DNA of 47,510 bases from contig LFTO01000005.1 of NCBI GenBank assembly GCA_001513335.1, positions 1 to 47,510 on the forward strand. The letters run 5' to 3'. Position numbers and translations under genes: made by a program. This DNA is from Clostridiales bacterium DTU086. Its GTDB lineage: Bacteria; Bacillota; DTU086. Each line of letters begins with the position of its first letter. The stretch's first letter is position 1. A model generated the notes under the pieces. The model saw only the letters and a program-made list of their open reading frames with translations, did not search any database and was not told the origin of the DNA. This document shows positions 1 to 9,829 of the stretch, piece by piece.

Positions 1-818
<818 letters not shown>

Positions 819-851
819 TTAAACGACTGCCTCCCTTGAAAAAAACAATTC

Positions 852-1334
852 TTAAACGCGAATATCCAAAATTTCATATTGGAGAACACCTGCGGGAACC
901 TCAACCTCAACGACACTTCCAATTTTCTGTCCCAACACAGCCTTGCCCACGGGTGATTCGTTAGAAATCTTTTTGTCGGAAGGATCAGCTTCCATGGAAC
1001 CCACTATTTCGTATTCTAAAGTATCCCCGAGTTCCAAGTCTTTCAAAACAACAGTGGACCCCAAGGATACTACTTCAGTTGAACGCTCAGATTCGTCAAT
1101 GATTCGGGCATTCCGCAGCTGCTTTTCCAGGGTTAAAATACGCCCTTCAATAAAAGCCTGCTCATTTTTTGCATCATCGTATTCAGAGTTCTCACTAATA
1201 TCGCCAAAGTCAATTGCCTGTTTTATTCTATCGGCAACTTCTTTTCTTTTGACTGTTTTTAAATATTCTAATTCCTCTTCCAGTTTCTTTAATCCTGCTA
1301 TTGTCAATAAAACTTCCTTTTCACCCACAGCCAT
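852..1334 (-). CDS. greA: Transcription elongation factor GreA
   Basis: [13 protein letters not shown] and [10 protein letters not shown] motifs; adjacent to lysS. Confidence 0.97.
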   Translation of the reverse strand: MAVGEKEVLLTIAGLKKLEEELEYLKTVKRKEVADRIKQAIDFGDISENSEYDDAKNEQAFIEGRILTLEKQLRNARIIDESERSTEVVSLGSTVVLKDLELGDTLEYEIVGSMEADPSDKKISNESPVGKAVLGQKIGSVVEVEVPAGVLQYEILDIRV

Positions 1335-1521
1335 CTCTCCTCGAATTGAAATGCCAAGGACATATTATGAAAAAAATACAGAGTTAATGCCTGTATCCAT
1401 CATAATAAGCACTGTAAACCCGGAAAGCCAGTGCTTCAAGGCTTACAGTGCCGTCCTCCATTATTAAAAAGGTGAGTGCAAAAAAGAAAAATTATTACAT
1501 TAAGTTACCAAGTTAAAAGAT

Positions 1522-1550
1522 ATTATATAGACCTTGATATTTGTTGTCAA
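1522..1550 (-). promoter_or_regulatory. Sigma-A promoter of greA-lysS
   Basis: Perfect TTGACA(1550-1545)-N17-TATAAT(1527-1522). Confidence 0.85.
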
Positions 1551-1601
1551 GAATTAAAGTGTCCGCCGGGGGAATACTACCTTCGTGAAAAAAGAATTCC
1601 C

Positions 1602-2693
1602 CTAGCCAATTCCTGCTGTAGACGCCCCATGGCCGGCGTTATCCCTTATGGAACGGATTTCTTCCGCAGTAACAGGTTTTTCAAAACTCCTAAGCCCTGC
1701 AAGCTTAAAACCGTGTTTTTCCCCCAATTTATAAATCTCATCCACCTGTTCAAAGGTTAGGGACCTGCCGAGAGTATAACTCTCAAACCTGTTTTCCATA
1801 GCCAAAATCATTGTTTCCGCAATACATGCCAGGGTAACGTCAGGCGGGTAACCCAGATTGAGATTGGTTGTTACTTTCCCCGGTACCTGGACCAGACCTC
1901 CTTCTATTACCAAAACATCTTTCCTGGCACCGGCAACCCGAAGAGAAACATCCCGCGGCCGGGCAACGTCACAGACAACACACCCCGGGGGGAGGTCTTC
2001 AGGCTGGATGATATCACCCCCAGAAGACGTCACAGTAATGACTATCTGGGCACTCTTGAGAGCCTTTTTTAGATTATTGGTGATTTTTACTGCCTGGCCT
2101 GTTTGGTGCATAATGCTTCTGGCAAGGTTATCCAGCTTTGTCCTGTCTCTGGCAATCAGGGTAAGGTATTTGCACTCCCTGGAAACCAGATGGGAGCACA
2201 CCGCACCAATGGCGCCGGTAGCACCAATTACAACCACGTGGGCTTCTGCAATATCGATGCCCATTTTAGCCGCAGCCTCCTTAGTACCCTCCATAGCCAT
2301 GGCTACAGTATAACTGTTGCCTGTAGTAACGGGAATTTTCAGCTGCTGCGCTATCGTAATGCCAGCGTCTGCGACTACGGAAGTCATAGCACCAAGGCCA
2401 ACGATACCTGCCCCCGCCTTTTCCGCAACTCTTCCCGCTTTGATAATCTTCTGCACAACGTAATGTTCCGGAAAACTCAGCATCTGTTCTGTTGTCAAAG
2501 GACAGCCGATAAAAATGCCAGAAATAGTCCTGCCCGTTGACTGGGATTTTATACCTTCAATTTTGGAATACTTAAAGGCAGGAAGTCGTGAAAACCATTT
2601 TTCAACAAATTCCCTGGGCAGCCTCTTTGTACCTTTAAACCTGGTTACAATGTCGTTGACATTCATTGGATGTATAATAAACGCAAAATCCAT
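1602..2693 (-). CDS. Acyl-ACP reductase-like NAD(P)-dependent oxidoreductase (COG5322-type; often auto-annotated shikimate dehydrogenase)
   Basis: FAFIIHP, GLGAMTS, TTGNSYT, Rossmann GATGAIG, DVARP, GG, LACIAETMILA and KHGF are collinear with cyanobacterial AAR motifs (LGGFTS, TTGNTHT, GATGDIG, FACFAEAMLL, RHGF). Confidence 0.75.
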   Translation of the reverse strand: MDFAFIIHPMNVNDIVTRFKGTKRLPREFVEKWFSRLPAFKYSKIEGIKSQSTGRTISGIFIGCPLTTEQMLSFPEHYVVQKIIKAGRVAEKAGAGIVGLGAMTSVVADAGITIAQQLKIPVTTGNSYTVAMAMEGTKEAAAKMGIDIAEAHVVVIGATGAIGAVCSHLVSRECKYLTLIARDRTKLDNLARSIMHQTGQAVKITNNLKKALKSAQIVITVTSSGGDIIQPEDLPPGCVVCDVARPRDVSLRVAGARKDVLVIEGGLVQVPGKVTTNLNLGYPPDVTLACIAETMILAMENRFESYTLGRSLTFEQVDEIYKLGEKHGFKLAGLRSFEKPVTAEEIRSIRDNAGHGASTAGIG

Positions 2694-2699
2694 CTTTGA

Positions 2700-3641
2700 T
2701 CAGCCCTCCTGAACTTTCAACCTGGTTGTTGACCACTTCCTGCTAAAATCTACAATCCGCGGGAGGAAACCTATTTTATCCAGCATATTGGAGTAATCTT
2801 CAGGGGAAATGCTGTCTACCGGTTTCTGCAGAAATGCCACCAACAGAGCCTCCATCACATTTGTCCCAAAAGACCGCCCATTAAGTTCGGGCGTGGTGGT
2901 GATCAATTTAGCCGTTCCTGCCTGCTGCAGAATATCTACGTCTTTTTTGGTAACAGTATTCGTGATAATTATTTTTCCATCCAGCCGCTCAGGCATATGT
3001 CTTTTTATGTAGAGAAAGTCCCCGGCAATAATATCCGCTTTCTCGTAGTATTTAAAAAATTCAGGGTTGGGTCTGCTCTCCTGTTTTCCTGTGGGATAGA
3101 TATATTTTGTAGGCAGAGTGCTTACAACAGGTGCCAGCATACGGGCCAGCTTGTCCAGTTTTGCCAGGGAATAAATGGGATAGTCTATCCCCACACTGAA
3201 TATAAGGTCCCCCAAGGTTAGATTTGCCCTGCAGGCTGTTAACTCCTCAGCCATTCCAAAACGATCTACCGCACAAACCAAAAGGACATTGCGCCCCTCA
3301 AAGGATACCTGTCCTGAACTGGCAAGGTACTTGATTACCTTTCTTTCCAGGGTATTTTTTAATCCTGTACCATCAACAATGGGAGTAATCTTCACAGCGG
3401 AAGCCATCTTCCTTCCATCCCGAAGTATATATCTTCTGTTGCCTGCATGAATGTATATGTCAATGCCCCCAATACCGAAGGCATCAACTTTACCATCCAG
3501 CTCTTGCAGGAGGGAAATAGCCCTGGATAAATCTCCGTCCGTACCTATCCTTTCAATCTCAACGGTTTCTCCCATAATTTCTGCTGTTACTTTATGGTTT
3601 CTTTCTGATGCCCCTAGACTTACGCTGACAATTCTCTTCAC
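2700..3641 (-). CDS. Conserved uncharacterised protein ('quinate 5-dehydrogenase'-type annotation), distant paralogue of the neighbouring AAR-like protein
   Basis: GTG start at 3641 with AGGAGG RBS; VSVSLG, DAFGIGGID, PIVDGTGLK and GRSFGTNVMEA motifs. Confidence 0.7.
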   Translation of the reverse strand: MKRIVSVSLGASERNHKVTAEIMGETVEIERIGTDGDLSRAISLLQELDGKVDAFGIGGIDIYIHAGNRRYILRDGRKMASAVKITPIVDGTGLKNTLERKVIKYLASSGQVSFEGRNVLLVCAVDRFGMAEELTACRANLTLGDLIFSVGIDYPIYSLAKLDKLARMLAPVVSTLPTKYIYPTGKQESRPNPEFFKYYEKADIIAGDFLYIKRHMPERLDGKIIITNTVTKKDVDILQQAGTAKLITTTPELNGRSFGTNVMEALLVAFLQKPVDSISPEDYSNMLDKIGFLPRIVDFSRKWSTTRLKVQEG

Positions 3642-3670
3642 AGTCTCGCCTCCTGTTAAAATAAGCCCAA

Positions 3671-4195
3671 TCATTCCATGATATATTTGATGATTTCCCT
3701 AATCTCATCTACTGATACGTACCTGTCGCCCTCAATGGGTGATTTTCCGATTTCTACTCCAATTACTTCTTTGTCAAGGAGAGCCTGACACAGCTTAATG
3801 CGGTAATTTGAACCAATAGTTACGACTATGTCGCAGGTCCTTAAATTTGTGATTATGTTCATGATTGAGTTCAGCAGATCGACACCGCTGGTTCCCTCAA
3901 CAAATTCCCACCTTTCTTTGTCAGTCAACAACAGGGTGTATTCAACACCCTCTTCAACAAGCATCTTCTCCAATTCTTCCTTATTCTCAATGGGAAACCC
4001 AACTACAGCAATTCTCCGCCCTTTGCGTATCTCGCCCAGTCTTTCCAGCCTGGAAATAAAAGGGCGGTCAATATGTAGTCTTTGGGCCACTTCCTGCTGG
4101 GAATAGCCTTTAACCCTAAGTCGGAATATATCCTCAATGATACCAGACACCTTTTCCGTGCTGATGAGTTTATTCCCAATACGTATAATGCGCAT
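3671..4195 (-). CDS. HTH transcriptional regulator (N-terminal HTH, C-terminal alpha/beta domain)
   Basis: ATG 4195 with AAAGGGGA RBS; GYSQQEVAQRLHIDRPFISRLE helix-turn-helix. Confidence 0.75.
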   Translation of the reverse strand: MRIIRIGNKLISTEKVSGIIEDIFRLRVKGYSQQEVAQRLHIDRPFISRLERLGEIRKGRRIAVVGFPIENKEELEKMLVEEGVEYTLLLTDKERWEFVEGTSGVDLLNSIMNIITNLRTCDIVVTIGSNYRIKLCQALLDKEVIGVEIGKSPIEGDRYVSVDEIREIIKYIME

Positions 4196-4566
4196 CTCAA
4201 GTCCCCTTTTTAAGTATTTCCCAAATGTGCACAAAATTGTATACACAAGCCTAGGTAAATTCTACCTCTCCCTGTCCTTCTTTTCAAATCTCCTCCCCGG
4301 AGAATATCAAGGACCTTACCTCAAATTTACATAAAAAGAAGCACGTGGATTACCGTGCCTGTTAAACTCTAATTTATCCGGTTAATTTACCCTGGTATGA
4401 AAAAGGCTTTCCAATGGACTTGCAAAATTTTGTCCAATAGATAATACTTTGAATAATGCTGCTTCAGCAGGCTGATATTCTGCAAAATAAAAAAGTCCCG
4501 TATTGATAATTTCATGTGGAATTATTAATGGTGTTCCAATCGTTGAAACAGTATTCGGAGGATAGT

Positions 4567-5268
4567 ATGGATCCCAGAAAATTTTTTACCGGTCTCAGAA
4601 AAACTTTTCCCTTTATGGTAGGGCTTATACCCTTTGGACTGGCTTATGGGATAATGGGGGCCCAGGCGGGCTTAAATTTAGCCGAAATTATGTTTATGTC
4701 CGTTGTAGTTTTTGCAGGTTCCGCTCAATTTATGGCTGTTGAAATGATCAGTCAAAATATTGGGATTGTATTTATTGCTTTTTCCACCCTCTTAATCAAC
4801 CTGCGGCATATTCTAATGGGGCTGTCTTTATCCCCGTATCTCAGCAGGCTGAGGGCCCGCTGGTTATACATCCTTGCCTTTGGAATGGTGGACGAGACTT
4901 ATGCAGTTACAATAGATTACTATCAAAAGGGTGCCGGGGATTCAGGCAATCCCTATTTCATGCTGGGTTCCTCTGCAGGAATTTATTTTTCCTGGTTACT
5001 AACCTCATTTATTGGGGCTATTTTAGGCAGTTCAATACAGGACCCGTTGGCCTGGGGATTAGATTTTGCCATGCCGGCAACATTTTTAAGCATCCTTATT
5101 CCTCAAATCAAATCCATGAGGATGCTTCTTGTAATGCTGATTTCCGGGGTATCCGCCGTGGCTTTTTTGCTGTTAATTCCCGGAAAGTGGTATATCATTA
5201 TGGCTACCCTTTTGGCCGTTGCAGCAGGGACCACTATGGAAATAGTACAGGAAAGAAGGTCTTCCTAA
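4567..5268 (+). CDS. azlC: AzlC-family branched-chain amino acid exporter, large subunit
   Basis: FAGSAQF, INLRHIL, DETYA and GLDFAMPATF motifs; ATG 4567 after GGAGGA. Confidence 0.9.
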   Translation: MDPRKFFTGLRKTFPFMVGLIPFGLAYGIMGAQAGLNLAEIMFMSVVVFAGSAQFMAVEMISQNIGIVFIAFSTLLINLRHILMGLSLSPYLSRLRARWLYILAFGMVDETYAVTIDYYQKGAGDSGNPYFMLGSSAGIYFSWLLTSFIGAILGSSIQDPLAWGLDFAMPATFLSILIPQIKSMRMLLVMLISGVSAVAFLLLIPGKWYIIMATLLAVAAGTTMEIVQERRSS

Positions 5269-5589
5269 ATGGAAACAAAATATGTAATCTTAATACTGCT
5301 TATGGGATTAGTGACCTATTTAACAAGGGTTAGTTTTTTTCTTTTGTCCAGGAAAGTTAAACTGCCGGATCTGGTTTTCCGGTCCCTGAAATATATCCCT
5401 GTAGCAATCCTGGCAACCTTAATATTTCCCGGGATATTTGTTCCCAATAAAGAATTGGATATTGCCATTACAAACCCATATATCTGGGCTGCCTTAATTA
5501 CCGCTGGCACCTTAATAATCAGTAAAAATTCCCTTGCAGGTATAGTTCTGGGTATAGCCTCACTGGTGGTATTGCGGACAGTGATTTAA
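5269..5589 (+). CDS. azlD: AzlD-family exporter small subunit
   Basis: TYLTR and LKYIPVAILATL; hydrophobic; abuts azlC. Confidence 0.88.
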   Translation: METKYVILILLMGLVTYLTRVSFFLLSRKVKLPDLVFRSLKYIPVAILATLIFPGIFVPNKELDIAITNPYIWAALITAGTLIISKNSLAGIVLGIASLVVLRTVI

Positions 5590-5733
5590 AACACTGCATT
5601 TTAACCCCGGGTTTCTGCGCCTGTCATAACCCAAAAAAACAGTGAAAGAATAACGGGCAGTAATTGTGAATAAATTTCAAGAGCCTGAGGGAAACAGCAA
5701 TAAAAGAAACCAATAATCAAAGGGAGGCAAGCT

Positions 5734-6462
5734 ATGTTTTACGATGAAATTGCCCAATATTACGACCTGATTTTTCCTGCCGGGAAAGCACAGGTAAGTT
5801 TTCTTACGGAAATTGCCGGCAGGCCCCCAAAGAATGTTTTGGATATTGCCTGCGGAACAGGGACATATGCCATTGAACTTGCCAAGGAAGGTTATTCTGT
5901 GACAGCTGTTGATCTAGATGCAGAAATGATAGAGGTATTGAAGAAAAAGACTCTGGACTCTAACCTGGGAACAAAAATTAACCCCATTCAGGGAAACATG
6001 CTGGAACTTCCTCAAAGGCTGAATACCAAATACGATTTAGCCTTTTGCATTGGCAATTCTCTGGTTCACCTGGACGGGGAAAAAGAATTAGAGGAGTTTC
6101 TTTCCGGCATTAAAAGCCTGCTGGTTGACAGGGGACACCTGGTAATTCAAATTATCAATTACGACAGGATTTTGAAAAAAAACATTAAATCCCTCCCTAC
6201 CATTGAAGTAAAGGACAAAGGACTTAAGTTTCACCGCCTGTACCGTTATGACACAAAAATCAATAAAATCCTCTTTAAAACAATTTTAGAGGTACCGGGG
6301 AACGTCATTGAAAATGAAATCCCCCTGTACCCCCTGCTATCCGGTGACCTGGAAACTCTGTTACAAAATAGCGGTTTTACGAATATTCAAGTGTTCGGAG
6401 ATTTTCAAAAATCAGAATTTCAAAAGGACAGCTCTTACAGTTTAGTAGTATGTGCCTCCTAA
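5734..6462 (+). CDS. Class I SAM-dependent methyltransferase
   Basis: VLDIACGTG motif I, AVDLD, CIGNSLVHL; GGGAGG RBS. Confidence 0.88.
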   Translation: MFYDEIAQYYDLIFPAGKAQVSFLTEIAGRPPKNVLDIACGTGTYAIELAKEGYSVTAVDLDAEMIEVLKKKTLDSNLGTKINPIQGNMLELPQRLNTKYDLAFCIGNSLVHLDGEKELEEFLSGIKSLLVDRGHLVIQIINYDRILKKNIKSLPTIEVKDKGLKFHRLYRYDTKINKILFKTILEVPGNVIENEIPLYPLLSGDLETLLQNSGFTNIQVFGDFQKSEFQKDSSYSLVVCAS

Positions 6463-6471
6463 AAGACACGG

Positions 6472-7650
6472 TTAAATAACTTCAATGACAGCTGCGTAAA
6501 AACGGCAGGCATCTATAATCTTACTTATTTCACAGTGCTCATCTCGCATGTGGGCCAACTTGTACTCTCCGGGGCCAAACCCAATAGTAGGAATACCCAT
6601 AGACACCGGGGTAATGGCATTAGTCCCGAAATCCCAGAAATCGTAGCGCTCCGGAGGGCTTCCAAAGACATTCTGGTAAGCTGTATCAAAAGCCAGTTTT
6701 AACGGGTGATTCTCTTCAATCTTCCATGGGGCGTGCATCGGCTCGTAAATTAGCTCTTTGCCTTTCCATGTAGTGTGCCGCAAAGTGCCCACTTCCCATT
6801 CGGCACCTGTACCCTCAACCAGTTCATCCATCTCCCGCCTTACATTGTCCAGAGTATCCCCCAAATTGATACGGCGGTCCAAATAAATAGAGCATTCGCT
6901 GGGCACCGCATTAAGGGAAGCGCTGACACAGGAAATATCGGAAAGGACAATAGTGCCCCGGGGAGATTTCGTCATTAGCTTTTGGTTCAGCTTTTCTACC
7001 CGGGTAATTATTTCAGCCATTTTGTAAACGGCATTGACGCCTTTTTCCGGGGCAGAACCGTGGGCAGATACACCCTTTGTTTTTACCCGGATTTGGGCTT
7101 TTCCGGTATGTCCCAGGGTAATAATATTGTCCGAGGGCTCACAGATAATGCAGTAATCAGGCCTGATGCCCGTTTCCTCATAGAACATTTTCAGGTTTTC
7201 CCCGTCACAGTATTCTTCGCATACTGTTCCGGTTACATAGACTGTTTTTCCCTCAAGAAGTCCTGCTTCTTTGGCAACTGCCGCCCCGAAGACCGAGGCA
7301 CAGAATGCCGATTTCATATCCACTGAACCCCGGCCCCAGATACTGCCCTGGTAAATCTCTCCGGAAAAGGGCGGGACCTGCCAGAGGTCAGCATCGTCCA
7401 CCTCAACAGTATCAAGGTGGGAATCAAAGTGAATGATTCTGCTCCCGTTTCCTACACGTCCTACCACATTACCCGTTGAGTCGATAAATACTTCATCAAA
7501 GCCCAGTTCCCGCATTTTTGACCCGGCAAGGGTAACCATATCCCCTTCCTGGTTGGAATAGCTGCGGGTTTGTACAGCCTTCTGGCAGAATGCAACCAGG
7601 TCAGCAGTGTATTTAGCTGCCAGGGCTGAAATCTTTTCATTTAACACCAT
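6472..7650 (-). CDS. M20 metallohydrolase, YgeY family
   Basis: ATG 7650 with AGGAGGG RBS; DSHLDTV, GRGSVDMK, EEYCDG, HGSAPEKGVNA and AHMRDEH metal-ligand motifs. Confidence 0.8.
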   Translation of the reverse strand: MVLNEKISALAAKYTADLVAFCQKAVQTRSYSNQEGDMVTLAGSKMRELGFDEVFIDSTGNVVGRVGNGSRIIHFDSHLDTVEVDDADLWQVPPFSGEIYQGSIWGRGSVDMKSAFCASVFGAAVAKEAGLLEGKTVYVTGTVCEEYCDGENLKMFYEETGIRPDYCIICEPSDNIITLGHTGKAQIRVKTKGVSAHGSAPEKGVNAVYKMAEIITRVEKLNQKLMTKSPRGTIVLSDISCVSASLNAVPSECSIYLDRRINLGDTLDNVRREMDELVEGTGAEWEVGTLRHTTWKGKELIYEPMHAPWKIEENHPLKLAFDTAYQNVFGSPPERYDFWDFGTNAITPVSMGIPTIGFGPGEYKLAHMRDEHCEISKIIDACRFYAAVIEVI

Positions 7651-7728
7651 ATTCCCTCCTCGAAGGTGCCGGCAGGGACATGCCCTTGACACATACCTGT
7701 CAAAGGACACACACCCGATTTTCTGTCC

Positions 7729-9186
7729 CTATATTACACCAACGGCATCATTAAACTGGCAGATCAGTTTATCGATTTCAGCAGCCTGCCCGTGGATGCC
7801 GCCCCAGTAATTGTCGTAGTCATACCACTGGGCGTTCAGCTCGGACAGTTCGCGGCCCTGCTGCTCAATCCATGTGTAGTATTTCAAATTGTGAATACGC
7901 TTCTTTTCGGGATATGTCAGTTCCAGCAGGTTATCGGTGCCCTGTCCAAGCATAGAGCGGGCATGGTCCACAGCGGCCCTTGTCCTGCTATACGAACCCA
8001 ACCTTTCATTCAGCTCGGCAATCCGGCTGGCATACATCTCCGCGCTGTCGGTAAGGACTGTGGCGATTACATCCTTTTCAGTCAGCTCGTAGTATTTTGC
8101 AAACTTAACGGCGCAGAGAACATTAGCAATGCCTGAAATGCCCAGCAGGGAGAGAGCTTCAACCAAATCAGCATCGACGCCTGCTTCCTCAATTAGGTAT
8201 TCCCTGCCCTTTTCGTCGTTGAAGAGCCGCAGCAGGTTCAGGCTGTCTGCATCATCAATGGCAATAACCATATCGGTATTTTTTACATTGTGGACCCACG
8301 GCACATGCTTGTCACCAATGCCTTCGATGCGGTGGTCCCCGTAGCCGTTAAGGAGCAGGGTAGGACATTGGAGGGCTTCACCTACCGCCACCTGGCTTCC
8401 TGGAAAGACTTCTTTTAAATAATCTCCCGCACCGGTGGTACCTGCAGAACCGCTGGTAAAGCAGCACCCGGCAAAGCGCCCGCCAACTTCCCGTACAGCT
8501 TCTTCAATAGCGGGACCGGTAACGGTGTAATGCCAAAGGTGATTGCCCATTTCCTCAAACTGGTTGAAGATGACCACATCACTGCGGGTATTTCTTAACT
8601 CCCAGGTTTTATCAAAAATTTCTTTTACATTGCTTTCGCAGCCCGGTGTGGCTATAACCTCTCCGGCAACCTGGGAAAGCCATTCAAAACGCTCCCGGCT
8701 CATTCCCTGGGGCAAAATGGCAATGGACTCACAACCCAGGAGAGCAGAGTTGTATGCTCCGCCGCGGCAGTAGTTTCCTGTGGAAGGCCAGACAGCTTTA
8801 TGATAGGTGGGATCAAACTGTCCCGTTACCAGGCGGGGAACAAGACAGCCAAAGCTGGCCCCAACCTTATGGCAGCCGGTAGGGAACCACTTGCCCACAA
8901 GGGCAACAATTTTAGCCTTCACCCCCGTCAGCTCTTCCGGCAGCACAATATAGTTAACCCCTCCGAAAAGGCCTCCCTTTTCCTTGGGTTCGTTTTTCCA
9001 TGTAATGCGGAAAAGGTTGCGGGAATTAATGTCCCAAAGACCGATATCTTTAAGAGAAGCCCTTATTTTTTCAGGGATGTCTTCAGGATGAGCCATTTGG
9101 TGCAGCGTAGGAATTACAATGTTTCTTTCCCTGGCACGTTTAATGTTGCGTTCCAGGGCAGCTTCGTTTTTCGTCAGGTCTATCAC
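7729..9186 (-). CDS. Extended fold-type II PLP enzyme (CysK/TrpB-like)
   Basis: GTG 9186 with GGGGGGAG RBS; PTGCHKVG (Schiff-base Lys), PSTGN, SGSAGT, HRIEGIG, GISG; extended -10 TG-n-TAGAAT at 9234-9226. Confidence 0.8.
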   Translation of the reverse strand: MIDLTKNEAALERNIKRARERNIVIPTLHQMAHPEDIPEKIRASLKDIGLWDINSRNLFRITWKNEPKEKGGLFGGVNYIVLPEELTGVKAKIVALVGKWFPTGCHKVGASFGCLVPRLVTGQFDPTYHKAVWPSTGNYCRGGAYNSALLGCESIAILPQGMSRERFEWLSQVAGEVIATPGCESNVKEIFDKTWELRNTRSDVVIFNQFEEMGNHLWHYTVTGPAIEEAVREVGGRFAGCCFTSGSAGTTGAGDYLKEVFPGSQVAVGEALQCPTLLLNGYGDHRIEGIGDKHVPWVHNVKNTDMVIAIDDADSLNLLRLFNDEKGREYLIEEAGVDADLVEALSLLGISGIANVLCAVKFAKYYELTEKDVIATVLTDSAEMYASRIAELNERLGSYSRTRAAVDHARSMLGQGTDNLLELTYPEKKRIHNLKYYTWIEQQGRELSELNAQWYDYDNYWGGIHGQAAEIDKLICQFNDAVGVI

Positions 9187-9273
9187 AGCACTCCCCCCAA
9201 AAACTTTTTTGTACAACCATATGCTATTCTATCAAACTCCTGTTAGGAATGGTGAACAATCTTCTCTGTCTGC

Positions 9274-9829
9274 CCCGTGTATTATGAGGGAGGGCTTGTT
9301 TCCCGCAAGTCCTTCACCGCTTTGCCGCCGCTAAAAGCATGGGAGCTTTTCCACACAGCAGAATAATATCTGACGACAACCCGGCACAATTTCCAAAAAG
9401 ACAAATAAACCGCCCAAAAAAGGCGGTTCCAACCAGAGTGTTTTCGTGTCTTTCGCGAACGACTAATGAACACAGGCACACAGCTCTTGGCAAAGCGCAG
9501 GGAAAAACAGGGAGGCACAGGCAGGACGCCTGGGCCAGCGGGGGTGGAGACAAGACTTATCGCTTTTTGGGCGGCCCGGTTTGGACCTAAAGCTTTGCCT
9601 TAGAGATGTCCTGTGTGAATTCCTGGAGTGAGCGAAAGGCGGATGAAACATGCCCCGGCGTTTCGCTCAGGATGGCGTGCAAGCTTGTCCGTAGCGGAAT
9701 AATACATTCGGCCTTTTACCCATATAATTGTCAAATTGGAACCGGCACTTACGTTCTGCTGGTGCCGTTCCAGTTTGCGCCAAGAGCTGTTGCCTCAAGC
9801 TTACAAGTCGTTCGCAAAAGGTAAGAAAG
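9274..9829. repeat. Composite structured intergenic repeat, locus 1
   Basis: Core 9458-9717 shares long blocks with 32118-32363 and 33797-34046 (e.g. ATGAACACAGGCACACAGCTCTTGGCAAAGCGCAGGGAAAAAC with locus 4; GCTTTGCCTTAGAG, TCCTGTGTGAATTCC and CTTGTCCGTAGCGGA with both); degenerate unit at 9274-9365. Confidence 0.9.

Noticed and set aside
819-851. T-box or lysine riboswitch for lysS
   Set aside because: Only 33 bp between greA and lysS; no T-box motif seen in the greA leader
1385-1462. 25-codon uORF (MEDGTVSLEALAF...) in the greA leader
   Set aside because: No RBS upstream of its ATG
6472-9186. Selenocysteine recoding in the YgeY-linked genes
   Set aside because: Both frames are open with no in-frame TGA
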